Shown here: in pieces, positions 47,200 through 59,006 of the stretch
How the letters are laid out: each line of letters opens with the position of its first letter
Position numbering within the stretch: position 1 is the first letter of the stretch
Assembly (NCBI GenBank): GCA_902789795.1
Contig: CADAPM010000019.1
Location: forward strand, 803 to 64,802
Reading direction: 5' to 3'
Origin: an uncultured Eubacteriales bacterium
GTDB taxonomy: Bacteria; Bacillota; Clostridia; Christensenellales; Aristaeellaceae
DNA: 64,000 nucleotides
The notes under the pieces: model-generated
What the model was told of the DNA's origin: nothing
Database searches by the model: none
Seen by the model: the letters and a program-made list of their open reading frames with translations, nothing else
Made by a program: the position numbers and the translations under genes

Positions 47200-48711
47200 T
47201 CAGCGGCTGCCGTCCCAGGTATCCACATGGGCGTTGGTCTGCTCTTCCTCGTCGAACCACTTGACGGTGACGCACTTGCTCTCGGTGTAGAAGCGGAAGG
47301 CGTCCTTGCCGTGGCAGTGCAGGTCGCCGAAGAAGCTCAGCTTGTGCCCGCTGAAGGGGAAGACGGGGATGGGCACCGGGATGCCCACGTTCACGCCCAC
47401 CATGCCGCCGTCGGTGCGCTTGGCAAACTCCCGGGCGTAGTAGCCGCTCTGGGTGAAGATGACGGAGCCGTTGGCGAAGGGGTTGCGGTTCATCAGGGCC
47501 AGGCCCTCTTCAAAGCTCTTGACGCGCTTGATGCACAGGACGGGGCCGAAGACCTCGCGGGTGCCGATGGTCATCTCCTCGGTCACGTGGTCGAACACGG
47601 TGTGGCCGATGTAGTAGCCGTCCTCGTAGCCGGGCACCTTGATATTGCGGCCGTCCAGCACCAGCTGCGCGCCTTCCTCGATGCCCTTCTCGATCCAGTC
47701 CAGCACGAACTTCTGGTGTCCCTTGCTGCCCACAGGGCCCAGCTTGCTGGCCGGGTCATAGGCGGGGCCGACCTTCTGCTGCTTGCACAGGCGCACGATC
47801 TCCGCGATCAGCTGATCGGCGATCTCCTCCTCCACGACAACGGTGGGCAGGGCCATGCAGCGCTCGCCGGCGCAGCCGAAGGCGCTGTTGACGATGCCCG
47901 CGGCGGTGCGGGTCAGGGGCGCGTCCTTGAGGACCAGGGCGTGGTTTTTCGCTTCGCACAGGCACTGCACGCGCTTGCCGTTGGCGGCGGCGGTGGCGTA
48001 GATGTGCCGGCCCACGTCGGTGCTGCCCACGAAGGTGATGCCCTTCACATCCGGGTGGGAGAGCAGGATCTCCGCTTCGTTGCGGGAGCAGGGCACGATG
48101 TTGAACACGCCGTCCGGAATGCCGGCTTCCTTATACAATTCGGCAAACTTGAGGCAGGTCATGGGCGTGGTGGAAGCGGGCTTCAATACGAAGGTGTTGC
48201 CGCAGACGATGGCCAGGGGCGCCATCCAGCCCACGGGGATCATGGCCGGGAAGTTCCAAGGCGCGATGCCGGCAAATACGCCCAGGGGCTCGCGGTACAG
48301 GGTGGTGTCATAGCCGGAGGATGCGTCCATCAGGCTCTCGCCCATCAGCAGGGAGGGCGCGGAGCAGGCGAGCTCCGTCATGTCCAGGGCCTTGCCCACG
48401 TCGCCGGCAGCCTCGCTTAAGCACTTGCCGTTCTCCGTGGCGCAGAGCAGGGTCAGCTCTTCCATGTCCCGCTCGATCAGCTGGTGCAGTTTCATCATCA
48501 GGGCGGCGCGCTTGCGCACGGGGGTGTCGCGCCAGGCGGGATAGGCAGCCTTGGCGCAGGCGACGGCACGGTTGACCTCTTCCTGGGTGCACTGGGGCAC
48601 CTTGGCGATGGGATGGCCGGTGGAGGGGTCGTAGATGGTGGTGAACTTCTCCGAGGCGCTCTCGACGAATTCCCCGCCGATAAAGGGACGCATGACTCTC
48701 AGTTCTTCCAT
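47200..48711 (-). CDS. iolA: methylmalonate/malonate-semialdehyde dehydrogenase (CoA-acylating)
   Basis: Aldehyde dehydrogenase motifs FPFSGHK.., GERCMA and VCGNTFVLKPAS, supported by the operon context. Confidence 0.85.
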   Translation of the reverse strand: MEELRVMRPFIGGEFVESASEKFTTIYDPSTGHPIAKVPQCTQEEVNRAVACAKAAYPAWRDTPVRKRAALMMKLHQLIERDMEELTLLCATENGKCLSEAAGDVGKALDMTELACSAPSLLMGESLMDASSGYDTTLYREPLGVFAGIAPWNFPAMIPVGWMAPLAIVCGNTFVLKPASTTPMTCLKFAELYKEAGIPDGVFNIVPCSRNEAEILLSHPDVKGITFVGSTDVGRHIYATAAANGKRVQCLCEAKNHALVLKDAPLTRTAAGIVNSAFGCAGERCMALPTVVVEEEIADQLIAEIVRLCKQQKVGPAYDPASKLGPVGSKGHQKFVLDWIEKGIEEGAQLVLDGRNIKVPGYEDGYYIGHTVFDHVTEEMTIGTREVFGPVLCIKRVKSFEEGLALMNRNPFANGSVIFTQSGYYAREFAKRTDGGMVGVNVGIPVPIPVFPFSGHKLSFFGDLHCHGKDAFRFYTESKCVTVKWFDEEEQTNAHVDTWDGSR

Positions 48712-48742
48712 GTTGCTTTCTCCTTTATTAGTACTCTATACT

Positions 48743-49786
48743 TCACAGCAGTGTGACCACATCGCCGCACTGCGCTTTCTTTTCGCGGATGAAGGCCGTC
48801 AGCGCTTCCTCGTCGGGCATGTCCTTGCTGCAGGCGTGGCTGGCCACCAGCATGGCGGCGGAAGCACTGCCCATCTCCAGGGCTTCGGCCAGGGACTTGC
48901 CCGCCATCAGGCCGTGCAGGAAGGCGCTGGCGTAGCCGTCGCCGCCGCCAAAGCCCTTCATGGCGTTGACCGGGAAGGGGCGCACCAGCCAGTTCCCGCT
49001 CTCGGAATAGCAGCGGCTGCCCTCCTTGCCGTGCTTGATGACCAGGATTTGGGGCTGCAGGGCCAGCCAGTATCTGGCGGAGGCCTCATCCGTGCCGTCC
49101 AGGCCCAGCAGGCGCTCCATCAGGTCGAACTCCTCCCGGCTGCCCAGCACGATGTCCGCGCTCTGAGCTACCAGGGAGGTGTAGATGGCGATCTCGTCCT
49201 TGTTTTTCCAGGTGTAGGCCCGATAGTCCGCGTCAAAGATCACGGTGACGCCGTTTTTCCGGGCGAAGGCGAGGGCCTTCAGGGCCGCCTCGCGGGTGGG
49301 GCTGGTGCACAGGGAGGTGCCGCTGATGAGCAGCGAGCGGGAGGAGGCCACGTAGGCTTCATCCACGTCGTCCGGGTGCAGCATCAGGTCGGCGACGCCT
49401 TCCCGGTACATGAGGATGGAGCTCTGGGTGGGGCTCAGGATCTCTGTGAAGGTCAGGCCCAGCTTCTCCCCGTTTTTACAGCGGGTGATGTGGGAGCAGT
49501 CGATGCCCTCGTTCAGGAAGAAATGGGTCACGAAATCCCCGAAGCTGTCGTCGGAAACCTTGCCCAGGAAGCCCACCTTCCGCCCGTAGCGGGCCATGCC
49601 TACGGCGATGTTCGCGGGGGAGCCGCCCAGGTATTTGTTGAAGTTGGCGCTCTCGGACAGGGGACGGTTCATGTCGGTGGGGTTGAAGTCGATGGCCACC
49701 CGGCCTACGGGGATGATGTCCAGGGCCTTCCCGGCCCCTTCAAACAGGACGCTCATGGGATCGTTCTCCTCCTTCTGGTAGTTCAT
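48743..49786 (-). CDS. iolC: 5-dehydro-2-deoxygluconokinase (PfkB family)
   Basis: PfkB motifs GGSPANIAVG and GGGDGYASAFL, supported by the operon context. Confidence 0.8.
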   Translation of the reverse strand: MNYQKEENDPMSVLFEGAGKALDIIPVGRVAIDFNPTDMNRPLSESANFNKYLGGSPANIAVGMARYGRKVGFLGKVSDDSFGDFVTHFFLNEGIDCSHITRCKNGEKLGLTFTEILSPTQSSILMYREGVADLMLHPDDVDEAYVASSRSLLISGTSLCTSPTREAALKALAFARKNGVTVIFDADYRAYTWKNKDEIAIYTSLVAQSADIVLGSREEFDLMERLLGLDGTDEASARYWLALQPQILVIKHGKEGSRCYSESGNWLVRPFPVNAMKGFGGGDGYASAFLHGLMAGKSLAEALEMGSASAAMLVASHACSKDMPDEEALTAFIREKKAQCGDVVTLL

Positions 49787-50604
49787 AAGGCAAACGTGCC
49801 GAACACGCCGATGTGCCGCTTGGCTACCTGATAAGCAGCCTCCTCCATGCGGTCGCTCATGTCATAGTAGTTCCGGGCTTCCCGGGCCGCCTCAAAGGCC
49901 GCGATATGGGTGGCCGTGGCGATATTGATCTTCCGGATGCCGTTTTTCACGCAGCGGCGGAAGTCTTCATCGCTGATGCCGGTGCCGCCGTGCAGCACCA
50001 GCGGGGCCTTGGACTCCCGGCGGATGGCTTCGAGGATGTCGAAGCGCAGCTGCGGTGCGCCCACGTAGACGCCGTGGGCATTGCCGATGGCCACGGCCAG
50101 GGCGTCCACCTGGGTCTCTTTCAGGAAGCGCAGGCTCTCCTCGGGCGAAGCGCAGACGGCCGTCCGGTCCTCGCCGCTCTCCGTCTTGCCGATGACGCCG
50201 ATCTCCGCCTCCACGGTCGCGCCGCGGGGCCGGGCCAGCTCGATCACCTGCCGGGTCGCAAGCATGTTCTCCTCCATGGAGAGGGCGCTGCCATCGAACA
50301 TGACGGAGGTGAAGCCCAGGTCCAGGGCCTGCTGGATGCACTGAAAAGTGGTGCCGTGGTCCAGGTGCACCGCCACGGGCACCTTCGCCTGCCGGGCGGC
50401 CGCCAGCATGACGGGGCCGATCAGGCTGAGAGGCGCGTGGGGGAGGCGCACCTCCGCGATCTGCAGGATGACGGGCGTCTCCGTTTCCTCCGCCGCGCGC
50501 AGTACGCCGCGGATCATTTCCAGATTGGAGACGGAAAACGCGCCGACAGCCGCGCCGTGCTCCTCGGCGGCTTTCAGCAGGGGGGACATGCTGTAAAGCG
50601 GCAT
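49783..50604 (-). CDS. iolJ: class II aldolase, 6-phospho-5-dehydro-2-deoxy-D-gluconate aldolase-like
   Basis: Start ATG 50604 (SD AAGGAAGGTG). Motifs are PVAVHLDHG and LVLHGGTG. Confidence 0.75.
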   Translation of the reverse strand: MPLYSMSPLLKAAEEHGAAVGAFSVSNLEMIRGVLRAAEETETPVILQIAEVRLPHAPLSLIGPVMLAAARQAKVPVAVHLDHGTTFQCIQQALDLGFTSVMFDGSALSMEENMLATRQVIELARPRGATVEAEIGVIGKTESGEDRTAVCASPEESLRFLKETQVDALAVAIGNAHGVYVGAPQLRFDILEAIRRESKAPLVLHGGTGISDEDFRRCVKNGIRKINIATATHIAAFEAAREARNYYDMSDRMEEAAYQVAKRHIGVFGTFAL

Positions 50605-50605
50605 A

Positions 50606-51394
50606 TTACTCACCTTCCTTATTTTGATCAACCGGCTCCTCGGGCAGGATCAGCCGGACATCGTTTTCTTTGAGCAGGTTCAGGTAGTCCTCTCCCGGTT
50701 CCTCGTCGGTCACGACGGCCTCGAAGCTGCTGATGGGCGCGTAGGTCATCATGCCCGTGATGCCGAATTTGTGCCGGTCCACCAATAAAATGGACCGGTC
50801 GCTGCACTCCACGGCGGCCTGCTTGATATCGTACTCCTGGGCGGAGGAGTTGGTGGCGCCGTGCATGGACACGCCGGTGGCCGCCATGAAGGCGGTGCGG
50901 ATATTGTATTTTTTCATGGCCTTCACGCTGTCCGACCCGGTCATGGAGTTGGTCTTCCTGCGCAGGGAGCCGGGCAGCACGATCACGTGCAGGTTCTCAT
51001 AGGGCAGGGCGCGGATGACGGCCCCCAGGCTGTGGGTAATGATGGTCACGTCCCGCCTGTCCTTCAGATGGTCGATCATGCGCAGGGTGGTGGTGCCGGA
51101 ATCAATAAAGATCACATCCCCGTCGCGGACCAGCTGGGCGGCGGTGCGGCCGATGAGCTCCTTGGCCTCTCCGCCGCTCATCTGGCGCAGCTCGTAGGGG
51201 GTCAGGGTCTGGCTGGCCGGCCGGGCGCGGACGCCGCCATACACTTTTTCCGCCGCGCCGCGCTGCAGCAGTTCCGCGATGTCCCGCCGGACGGTATTGG
51301 CGGACACGTCGAACTGCCGCTGCAATTCCTCGATCGAAGCGGTGCCTTTGAGTGTGATATATTTTTCCATTTCCAGAATACGGTTGGCTTTCAT
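50606..51394 (-). CDS. iolR: DeoR-family transcriptional repressor
   Basis: Start ATG 51394 (SD GGGAGGTG). The N-terminal HTH is ASIEELQRQFDVSANTVRRDIAEL, and the C-terminal half is a DeoR sugar-binding domain. Confidence 0.8.
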   Translation of the reverse strand: MKANRILEMEKYITLKGTASIEELQRQFDVSANTVRRDIAELLQRGAAEKVYGGVRARPASQTLTPYELRQMSGGEAKELIGRTAAQLVRDGDVIFIDSGTTTLRMIDHLKDRRDVTIITHSLGAVIRALPYENLHVIVLPGSLRRKTNSMTGSDSVKAMKKYNIRTAFMAATGVSMHGATNSSAQEYDIKQAAVECSDRSILLVDRHKFGITGMMTYAPISSFEAVVTDEEPGEDYLNLLKENDVRLILPEEPVDQNKEGE

Positions 51395-51600
51395 GGATCC
51401 ACCTCCCTTTATCCCTGCCTCTATTGTACAACGAATTGAGAATTTGTAAAGATGTTTTGAGCAACTTTTGGTGAAATTCTCCATTAAATTCGGATCATTT
51501 GTACGGTATGGATTGAAATTTTCCGCATTTGATTGCTGCGTGAGCAACTTTTGCGCTTTTCTGGCAGAGTTCGAAGCCCGACTTGCGGAAGATCGGCGCA

Positions 51601-51636
51601 TAAAAATCAGCCCCGCCTGTCAGTCAGGCGGGGCTG
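51601..51636 (-). terminator. intrinsic terminator after the L,D-transpeptidase gene
   Basis: 12-bp stem CAGCCCCGCCTG/CAGGCGGGGCTG, followed on the minus strand by AUUUUUAU. Confidence 0.75.
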
Positions 51637-51660
51637 GGCATCGTTTCCGAGTATCGTTTT

Positions 51661-53205
51661 TTAATCGGTATATCCGTTTTTCAGATTCGCGTTGTAGATG
51701 GTCTCGGGCCGCTCGGGGGCGGAGCAGGAGGCGCAGGGGGTCAGCTCGCTGTAGGGGGCCAGGGTCAGTTCGCCGTACTTGAAGGGGCTCAGGGGCCAGT
51801 AGCGGCGGTTGACGGAGGGGCAGTTGGGCGTCGTGTGGTAGCGGCTGCCGCCCACGGTGTTGTAGTACAGCTGGGTCTGATCGTCGGGGTAATCGGTGTA
51901 GCGGGTGGCGTCGTCCCAGACGAACACCCGGGTATTGATCTTCAGGTGGTTCCACAGCCAGCGCATGCTCTGGCCCTGGGCGTTCTGCTTGCGCTGCACG
52001 CGGATGCAGCCATGGCTGGCCTTCTGGCCCAGCTTCGGCTCGGTGCTCGAATAGTCGTGCAGGCCGGACTCGTAGACCACGCTGGGCACCTCGTGGATCA
52101 GGCAGCCGTTGTTCAAGAGCAGGCCCATGTCGCAGTACAGGTTGCCAGCCCAGAAGCCGCCGGTCTTGCTGATGATCAGGAATTCCCCGGCGGGGGTCTC
52201 GTTCCAGGTCTGCTCCCGGTTGTTGAGGCCGGTGGAGACCAGGAGCGAGCCGATGATCTTTCCCTTTTCAAAGATGATCATGGTCTGGCTCAGCTTGTCG
52301 ATCACCAGGGCGTAATCGTCCCGGGGCGTGACCTCCTTCAGGATCTCCGCTTCCACGTAGCCCGTCAGCTTTTCCGCGGTCACGCCGTAGCCCTGGCGGC
52401 CCCGGGAGCGGCGGTAGGCGTCGCCGTAGCTGGTGTTGTAGACCTCGACCAGCGCCCAGCCGTCGTCGGTTTTGCTCAGCACGTGCACGCCCTGGGACTT
52501 GTAGGTGACCTCGCCGATCACGTTGTCTTTGGATTCGCCGTCGGGCGTGCTGCGCAGCAGGTAGGTCTGCTTGCCGGTGTGCTTGCCGTCGTCCAGGATG
52601 GTGATAGGCCGCATCATGGCTGCCCAGAGGGCCTTTTCATCGCTCAGGTCGCCCATGGTCAGGGTCCAGTAATTGCTTTCGGTCTCGCCTTCGGCCCGGA
52701 CGCCGGGGGCGGTGTCATGGCTGACAGGCCCGGCGTTCTCGTCGATGGGCACAAAGTGGCGGTAGCTGGCCGCGGGGGCGGCGTCGGGCTCCTGGTCCCA
52801 GACGGAGGGCGGGGCGTCCGCCGGATCGTTTTTCAGTGTGACGGTGATCTTTTTCGTGTCTGTGGAGGTCCCGTCCGCGTCCCGCAGGGTTACGCTCAGG
52901 ACGTAGCTGCCGTCCGGCGCTTCCATGCCCTCCTCCCAGATCTCGACGCTCAGGTCGTTGCGGCCTTCGGAGACGGGGCTTTCAAAGGCCGGGCTGCCGG
53001 AGATGGGCCAGCGGATGGTCAGGATGCCGTCACAGCTGGCGCTGACCGCGAGGTCCAGCCGGTCGTTGGCGGGCAGGGAAATGCCCACGCTGTGGCCCAG
53101 CAGGGTCAGTTTGACCTCCGGCGCTTCCTCCGCACGGACCGGCAGGAGCAGGCAGGCCAGGCAGAGGGCCGCGGCCAGGCTTCTCAACAGTTTTCCTTTC
53201 ATCAC
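51661..53205 (-). CDS. secreted L,D-transpeptidase (YkuD-domain) protein
   Basis: It has a signal peptide, an Ig-like N-terminal part, the catalytic motif ASHGCIRV, and a C-terminal Cys motif YHTTPNCPS...PCASC. Confidence 0.75.
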   Translation of the reverse strand: MMKGKLLRSLAAALCLACLLLPVRAEEAPEVKLTLLGHSVGISLPANDRLDLAVSASCDGILTIRWPISGSPAFESPVSEGRNDLSVEIWEEGMEAPDGSYVLSVTLRDADGTSTDTKKITVTLKNDPADAPPSVWDQEPDAAPAASYRHFVPIDENAGPVSHDTAPGVRAEGETESNYWTLTMGDLSDEKALWAAMMRPITILDDGKHTGKQTYLLRSTPDGESKDNVIGEVTYKSQGVHVLSKTDDGWALVEVYNTSYGDAYRRSRGRQGYGVTAEKLTGYVEAEILKEVTPRDDYALVIDKLSQTMIIFEKGKIIGSLLVSTGLNNREQTWNETPAGEFLIISKTGGFWAGNLYCDMGLLLNNGCLIHEVPSVVYESGLHDYSSTEPKLGQKASHGCIRVQRKQNAQGQSMRWLWNHLKINTRVFVWDDATRYTDYPDDQTQLYYNTVGGSRYHTTPNCPSVNRRYWPLSPFKYGELTLAPYSELTPCASCSAPERPETIYNANLKNGYTD

Positions 53206-53211
53206 AGTTCC

Positions 53212-55383
<2,172 letters not shown>

Positions 55384-55601
55384 CGGTCTGTGGATTGGGC
55401 CTGCATTAGCAGGCGATTGCGGTCTTTTGTGGGCATGTGCGGTCCTCCAGTCGTCCTGTGTTCATGTACCAGGCACATTATACGACCAAACGCCGGAAAA
55501 GGCAAACGGCAGAAACGTAAAATGTGCTCGCCGAGGGTCAGGGAACGTTGTACGCGGGCCCCGATGGTGGTATAATCGGAAAAAAACCGGCGGAGGCCCT
55601 G

Positions 55602-56660
55602 ATGATGAAACGATCCCTTTCTCTGTTTGCAGTCCTGACCCTGATCCTGGCATCCCTTTGCGCGGCGCCCGCTTGGGCGGAAGGCGCCGGGTCCTGGGGG
55701 CAGATCAACCAGTCCCTGGCCCGGTCAGAGGACTGGCAGCGCTTTGTGGCGGACACTTCCGCCTTCCAGCTGGGCGGCACGGAGCCGCTGGAGGGCAGCG
55801 AGGACCTGTCGGTGGGCGACTGGGGCAGCTACCCCTCCATGGACGGTTCGACGGTCTGCGTGCCCCTGGCCATGGAGCTGGCCCGGCAATGGCTGGACCT
55901 GCCGGAGGAGGACCTGAACGGCTTCGTCAGCTTCTCCACCACGCCCTATGCCTACGACCGGCTGTTCAACCGCCAGTCGAACCCCATGGTCACCATCGCC
56001 AGCCGCGGCATCATGATGGATGACACGCACCCGGTGGACATCGTGCTGGGCACGGGACCGAACGCGGACGAGCGCGCGGACGCCGAAAGGCTGGACGCTG
56101 AATTGGTGATGGTGCCGGTGTGCTACGACGCCTTCGTCTTCCTGGTCAACAGTGAGAACCCGGTGGAGGGCCTGACGGCGGAGCAGATCCGCAGCGTCTA
56201 CACCGGCATGACCCGGGACTGGGCCGCCCTGGGCGGCGAACCCGGCCTGATCCGCGCCTATCAGCGGCCCCACGGCTCCGGCAGCCAGACTGCCATGGAG
56301 GAGCTGGTGATGGACGGTTATCCCCTCACCGCGGAGGAAAACTATATCTCCGACGGCATGGCCGACCTGATCGCCCAGGTGGGCAATTACGACAACGGGC
56401 GCGAGTCCATCGGCTACTCCTACCTTTATTATGTGGACGCGCTGTACAAGAGCGGCAGCCTGAAGGTGCTGAGCGTGGACGGGGTCGCCCCGACGCCCGA
56501 GAACCTGCGCAGCGGCGCCTATCCCTATACGGTGTACTATTACGCCGTCTACGTGAAGGGCAATGAAAACGCCGCCCGCTTCACGGACTGGCTGACCTCG
56601 GATGAGGGCCAGCGCTGCGTGCAGCAGGCGGGTTATATCGCCCTGCGGGCGGTCGAGTGA
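55602..56660 (+). CDS. PstS-family (PBP-like_2) periplasmic substrate-binding protein, orphan
   Basis: Start ATG 55602 with signal peptide MMKRSLSLFAVLTLILASLCAAPAWA. It has RPHGSGSQTAM and GY pattern blocks. No adjacent permease or ATPase is present. Confidence 0.55.
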   Translation: MMKRSLSLFAVLTLILASLCAAPAWAEGAGSWGQINQSLARSEDWQRFVADTSAFQLGGTEPLEGSEDLSVGDWGSYPSMDGSTVCVPLAMELARQWLDLPEEDLNGFVSFSTTPYAYDRLFNRQSNPMVTIASRGIMMDDTHPVDIVLGTGPNADERADAERLDAELVMVPVCYDAFVFLVNSENPVEGLTAEQIRSVYTGMTRDWAALGGEPGLIRAYQRPHGSGSQTAMEELVMDGYPLTAEENYISDGMADLIAQVGNYDNGRESIGYSYLYYVDALYKSGSLKVLSVDGVAPTPENLRSGAYPYTVYYYAVYVKGNENAARFTDWLTSDEGQRCVQQAGYIALRAVE

Positions 56661-56661
56661 G

Positions 56662-56982
56662 CTATTCGTCGGACCCTTCTTCCAGGTTCTGCCAGCGCTC
56701 GTCGCTGTCCAGCCAGGCGTTGTAATGGGCCTGGGCCTCCTGGCTCTCCTTTTTCCTGCGCCAGGTCTCGACATCCGCGCAGATGGCCAGCATCTCGTCG
56801 ATGATCATTTCCAGGCTCGCGGGCCGGGCCTGACTCAGATAGGCGGCCATGCGGTCCATGGCCCGGGGGCTCTTGAGCTGCCGGGCCAGAAGATCGGCCA
56901 GCTCGTCGGGATAGCCCAGCGCGCGGAGGGCGGCGGCCATCCGGTCCCGGGCCCCGGCCCAGATCCTTTGATTCGATTCCAT
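56662..56982 (-). CDS. hypothetical protein
   Basis: 106-aa ORF with SD AGGAGGAG. It lies downstream of, and on the same strand as, the thioesterase gene. Confidence 0.5.
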   Translation of the reverse strand: MESNQRIWAGARDRMAAALRALGYPDELADLLARQLKSPRAMDRMAAYLSQARPASLEMIIDEMLAICADVETWRRKKESQEAQAHYNAWLDSDERWQNLEEGSDE

Positions 56983-57008
56983 CGTTCTCCTCCTGGTTAT
57001 ACGAAGCC

Positions 57009-57452
57009 TTATTTCTGCAGCCGGAGTTCGCGCCTGCGGACGGCCGCCGCATACTCCTGCCGCTCCTCCTCTGTCTCCGGTGTGAAGACCGGCACGGGGG
57101 TGGGGCGGTCTTCGTCGTCCAGGGCCACGAAGACGATGTAGGCCCGGTTGACCAGGGTGCGCGTGCCGTCCAGCTGCTCCACATGGCTGTCCACCCGCAC
57201 CTCCAGGGACGTGCGGCCCGTCCAGGTCACCTGCGCTTCCTGCACCACGGTGTCGTTCAGGTAGGCCGGGCCGATGAAGCTCAGATTCTCGATGCAGACG
57301 GTGGTGACCGCGCGGTGGGTGAAGCGGCGGGCGGCCACCGCGCCGATAATGTCGATCCAGGCCATCAGCTGGCCGCCGAACAGGCGGGGCTTGGCATAGC
57401 CGTTGCAGTGCTGGGGCAGCACGATCTGTACCGCGGTGGTGATTTCGGTCAT
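57009..57452 (-). CDS. acyl-CoA thioesterase (hotdog, YciA/BFIT-like)
   Basis: Only the last 147 codons of the 541-aa ORF look real. The start is ATG 57452 after GGAGGAA, and the motif is NGYAKPRLFGGQLMAWID. Confidence 0.7.
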   Translation of the reverse strand: MTEITTAVQIVLPQHCNGYAKPRLFGGQLMAWIDIIGAVAARRFTHRAVTTVCIENLSFIGPAYLNDTVVQEAQVTWTGRTSLEVRVDSHVEQLDGTRTLVNRAYIVFVALDDEDRPTPVPVFTPETEEERQEYAAAVRRRELRLQK

Positions 57453-57572
57453 AAGATTTATTCCTCCGACAAATACGTTTTCCATGCGCTGCTTGATCGG
57501 CTCCAGTATATCACAATCGCCGCGGGATGAAAAGCGGGAGGATTTTTCCGGAATGTGTTCAAATCGCTTGCA

Positions 57573-57586
57573 ATTCCATGTGGAAT
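57573..57586. promoter_or_regulatory. 14-bp perfect palindrome, candidate operator upstream of the ABC transporter locus
   Basis: ATTCCATGTGGAAT, about 65 bp upstream of the binding-protein start. Confidence 0.3.
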
Positions 57587-57647
57587 ATGTTATGATTATG
57601 TCCAGAAATCCGATGTGTGATGATCGGAACAAAAAATAATTGGAGGT

Positions 57648-58682
57648 ATGCAAATGAAAAAACTCTTTGCGCTTATGCTGGCACTCGTGATGCTGGCGAC
57701 GATGGCGACCAGTGCTCTGGCCGTCAACGAGGATATCGAAGGCAAGATCACCATCTACACGTCGATGTACCGTTTTGTGTATGAAGGCATGAAGGTGGAG
57801 CTCGCCAAGGAATTCCCGAACCTTGACGTGGAATTCTACTATGCCGGCACCGGCACGCTGATCAGCCAGATCGCGGGCGAAATGGGCGACGACCATACCG
57901 GCGCCCTGGGCTGCGATATGCTGCTGGTGGCGGAACCCGCCTATTCCCTGGAGCTGAAGGATTACGGCTATCTGCATCAGTTTGACCTTGGCGTGAAGGA
58001 TCAGCTGCGCTTCCCCTATGACGAGGAAGGCTACTGGTATCCCGTCCGCGTCTGCAACATGGTGCTGGCCTACAATCCCGATAAGTACACCCCCGAAGAG
58101 CTGCCCAAGACCTTTAAGGAGTTCGCGGAGGATCCGTCCCTGAAGGGCAAGATCTCCATGGGCAACCCGCTGACCTCCGGCACTGCGTTTGCCGCCGTGT
58201 CCGCCCTGACCTCCAAGTACGGCTATGAGTTCTTTGACGCCCTGCGCGCCAACAACGTCATGATCGAGTCCGGCTCCACCGCTCTGGGCAAGCTTGAGTC
58301 CGGCGAGTGCAAAGTCATCATGATCCTGGAAGAGTCCGTGCTGCAGCGCCGCAAGGAGGACGGCTCCAAGCTGGCCTGCATCTATCCGGAAGACGGCAAC
58401 ATCCTGATCCCGTCTACCTGCATGGTCGTGGCGGAAGAGAAGAGCGCGAACGCGAACCTGGAAGCCTGCGAAGCCGTGGCTGACTGGCTGTACAGCGAAG
58501 CCGGACAGAAGTTCATCGTCAGCGGCTATATGCACTCCGTGCTGAAGGACTTCCCGGAGATCCCGTATGATTCCATCCCCACCGAAAAGCTGATCGAGAG
58601 CGACATGGGCGTTGACTGGCAGCGCACCTATCACGAGCGCGATAACATCAACGACGAGTGGAACAAGCGCGTAACCCAGTAA
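57648..58682 (+). CDS. ABC transporter substrate-binding protein (family 1; Fe(III)/AfuA-like)
   Basis: Signal peptide MKKLFALMLALVMLATMATSALA, and the KITIYTSM start typical of AfuA/FbpA-like binding proteins. Confidence 0.65.
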   Translation: MQMKKLFALMLALVMLATMATSALAVNEDIEGKITIYTSMYRFVYEGMKVELAKEFPNLDVEFYYAGTGTLISQIAGEMGDDHTGALGCDMLLVAEPAYSLELKDYGYLHQFDLGVKDQLRFPYDEEGYWYPVRVCNMVLAYNPDKYTPEELPKTFKEFAEDPSLKGKISMGNPLTSGTAFAAVSALTSKYGYEFFDALRANNVMIESGSTALGKLESGECKVIMILEESVLQRRKEDGSKLACIYPEDGNILIPSTCMVVAEEKSANANLEACEAVADWLYSEAGQKFIVSGYMHSVLKDFPEIPYDSIPTEKLIESDMGVDWQRTYHERDNINDEWNKRVTQ

Positions 58683-58769
58683 TACGCCAGTTTCTCATCC
58701 TTCCCGGATGAAATTGGGGGCTGCCGGATAAAACGGACAGTCCCCTCATCCGGACCGCTTTGCGGCCAA

Positions 58770-58798
58770 CCTTCCCCCGAAACCGGGGGAAGGCTTTT
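58770..58798 (+). terminator. intrinsic terminator after the binding-protein gene
   Basis: 10-bp stem CCTTCCCCCG/CGGGGGAAGG with a 4-nt loop, followed by CTTTT. Confidence 0.7.
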
Positions 58799-59006
58799 GG
58801 AATAGTACACCCTTTTGAATTGCTGCTACATCTGAGAAATCAGACTGCGCAAGCACAAATCACGGCAAGCGCTTTTCCCCGGCCCGGGGGAAGGCGTCAG
58901 GCGAAACGGTTGAGGGCGTTCACAGGCCTGCGCGGCAGCCCTTTTCGTATTCATTGAAACAGTTTTCTGCTTCCATCCCGGAACGCCGGAAGGAGGTCCT
59001 TCTATT

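Noticed and set aside
43193-48420. 705-aa and 1038-aa plus-strand ORFs across the iol operon, and the 999-aa ORF (51835-54834) opposite the transpeptidase and topB genes
   Set aside because: They are antisense to well-supported genes. A very long open frame is expected by chance at this G+C content.
57453-58634. N-terminal ~390 codons of the 541-aa minus-strand ORF
   Set aside because: Only the last 147 codons resemble a thioesterase and are preceded by an SD. The remainder overlaps the well-supported binding-protein gene on the plus strand.
58830-58870. CTGAGA and ACCCTTTTGAA strings suggestive of a TPP riboswitch upstream of the permease gene
   Set aside because: The motif order is reversed relative to the THI element, and the pairing partners are absent.
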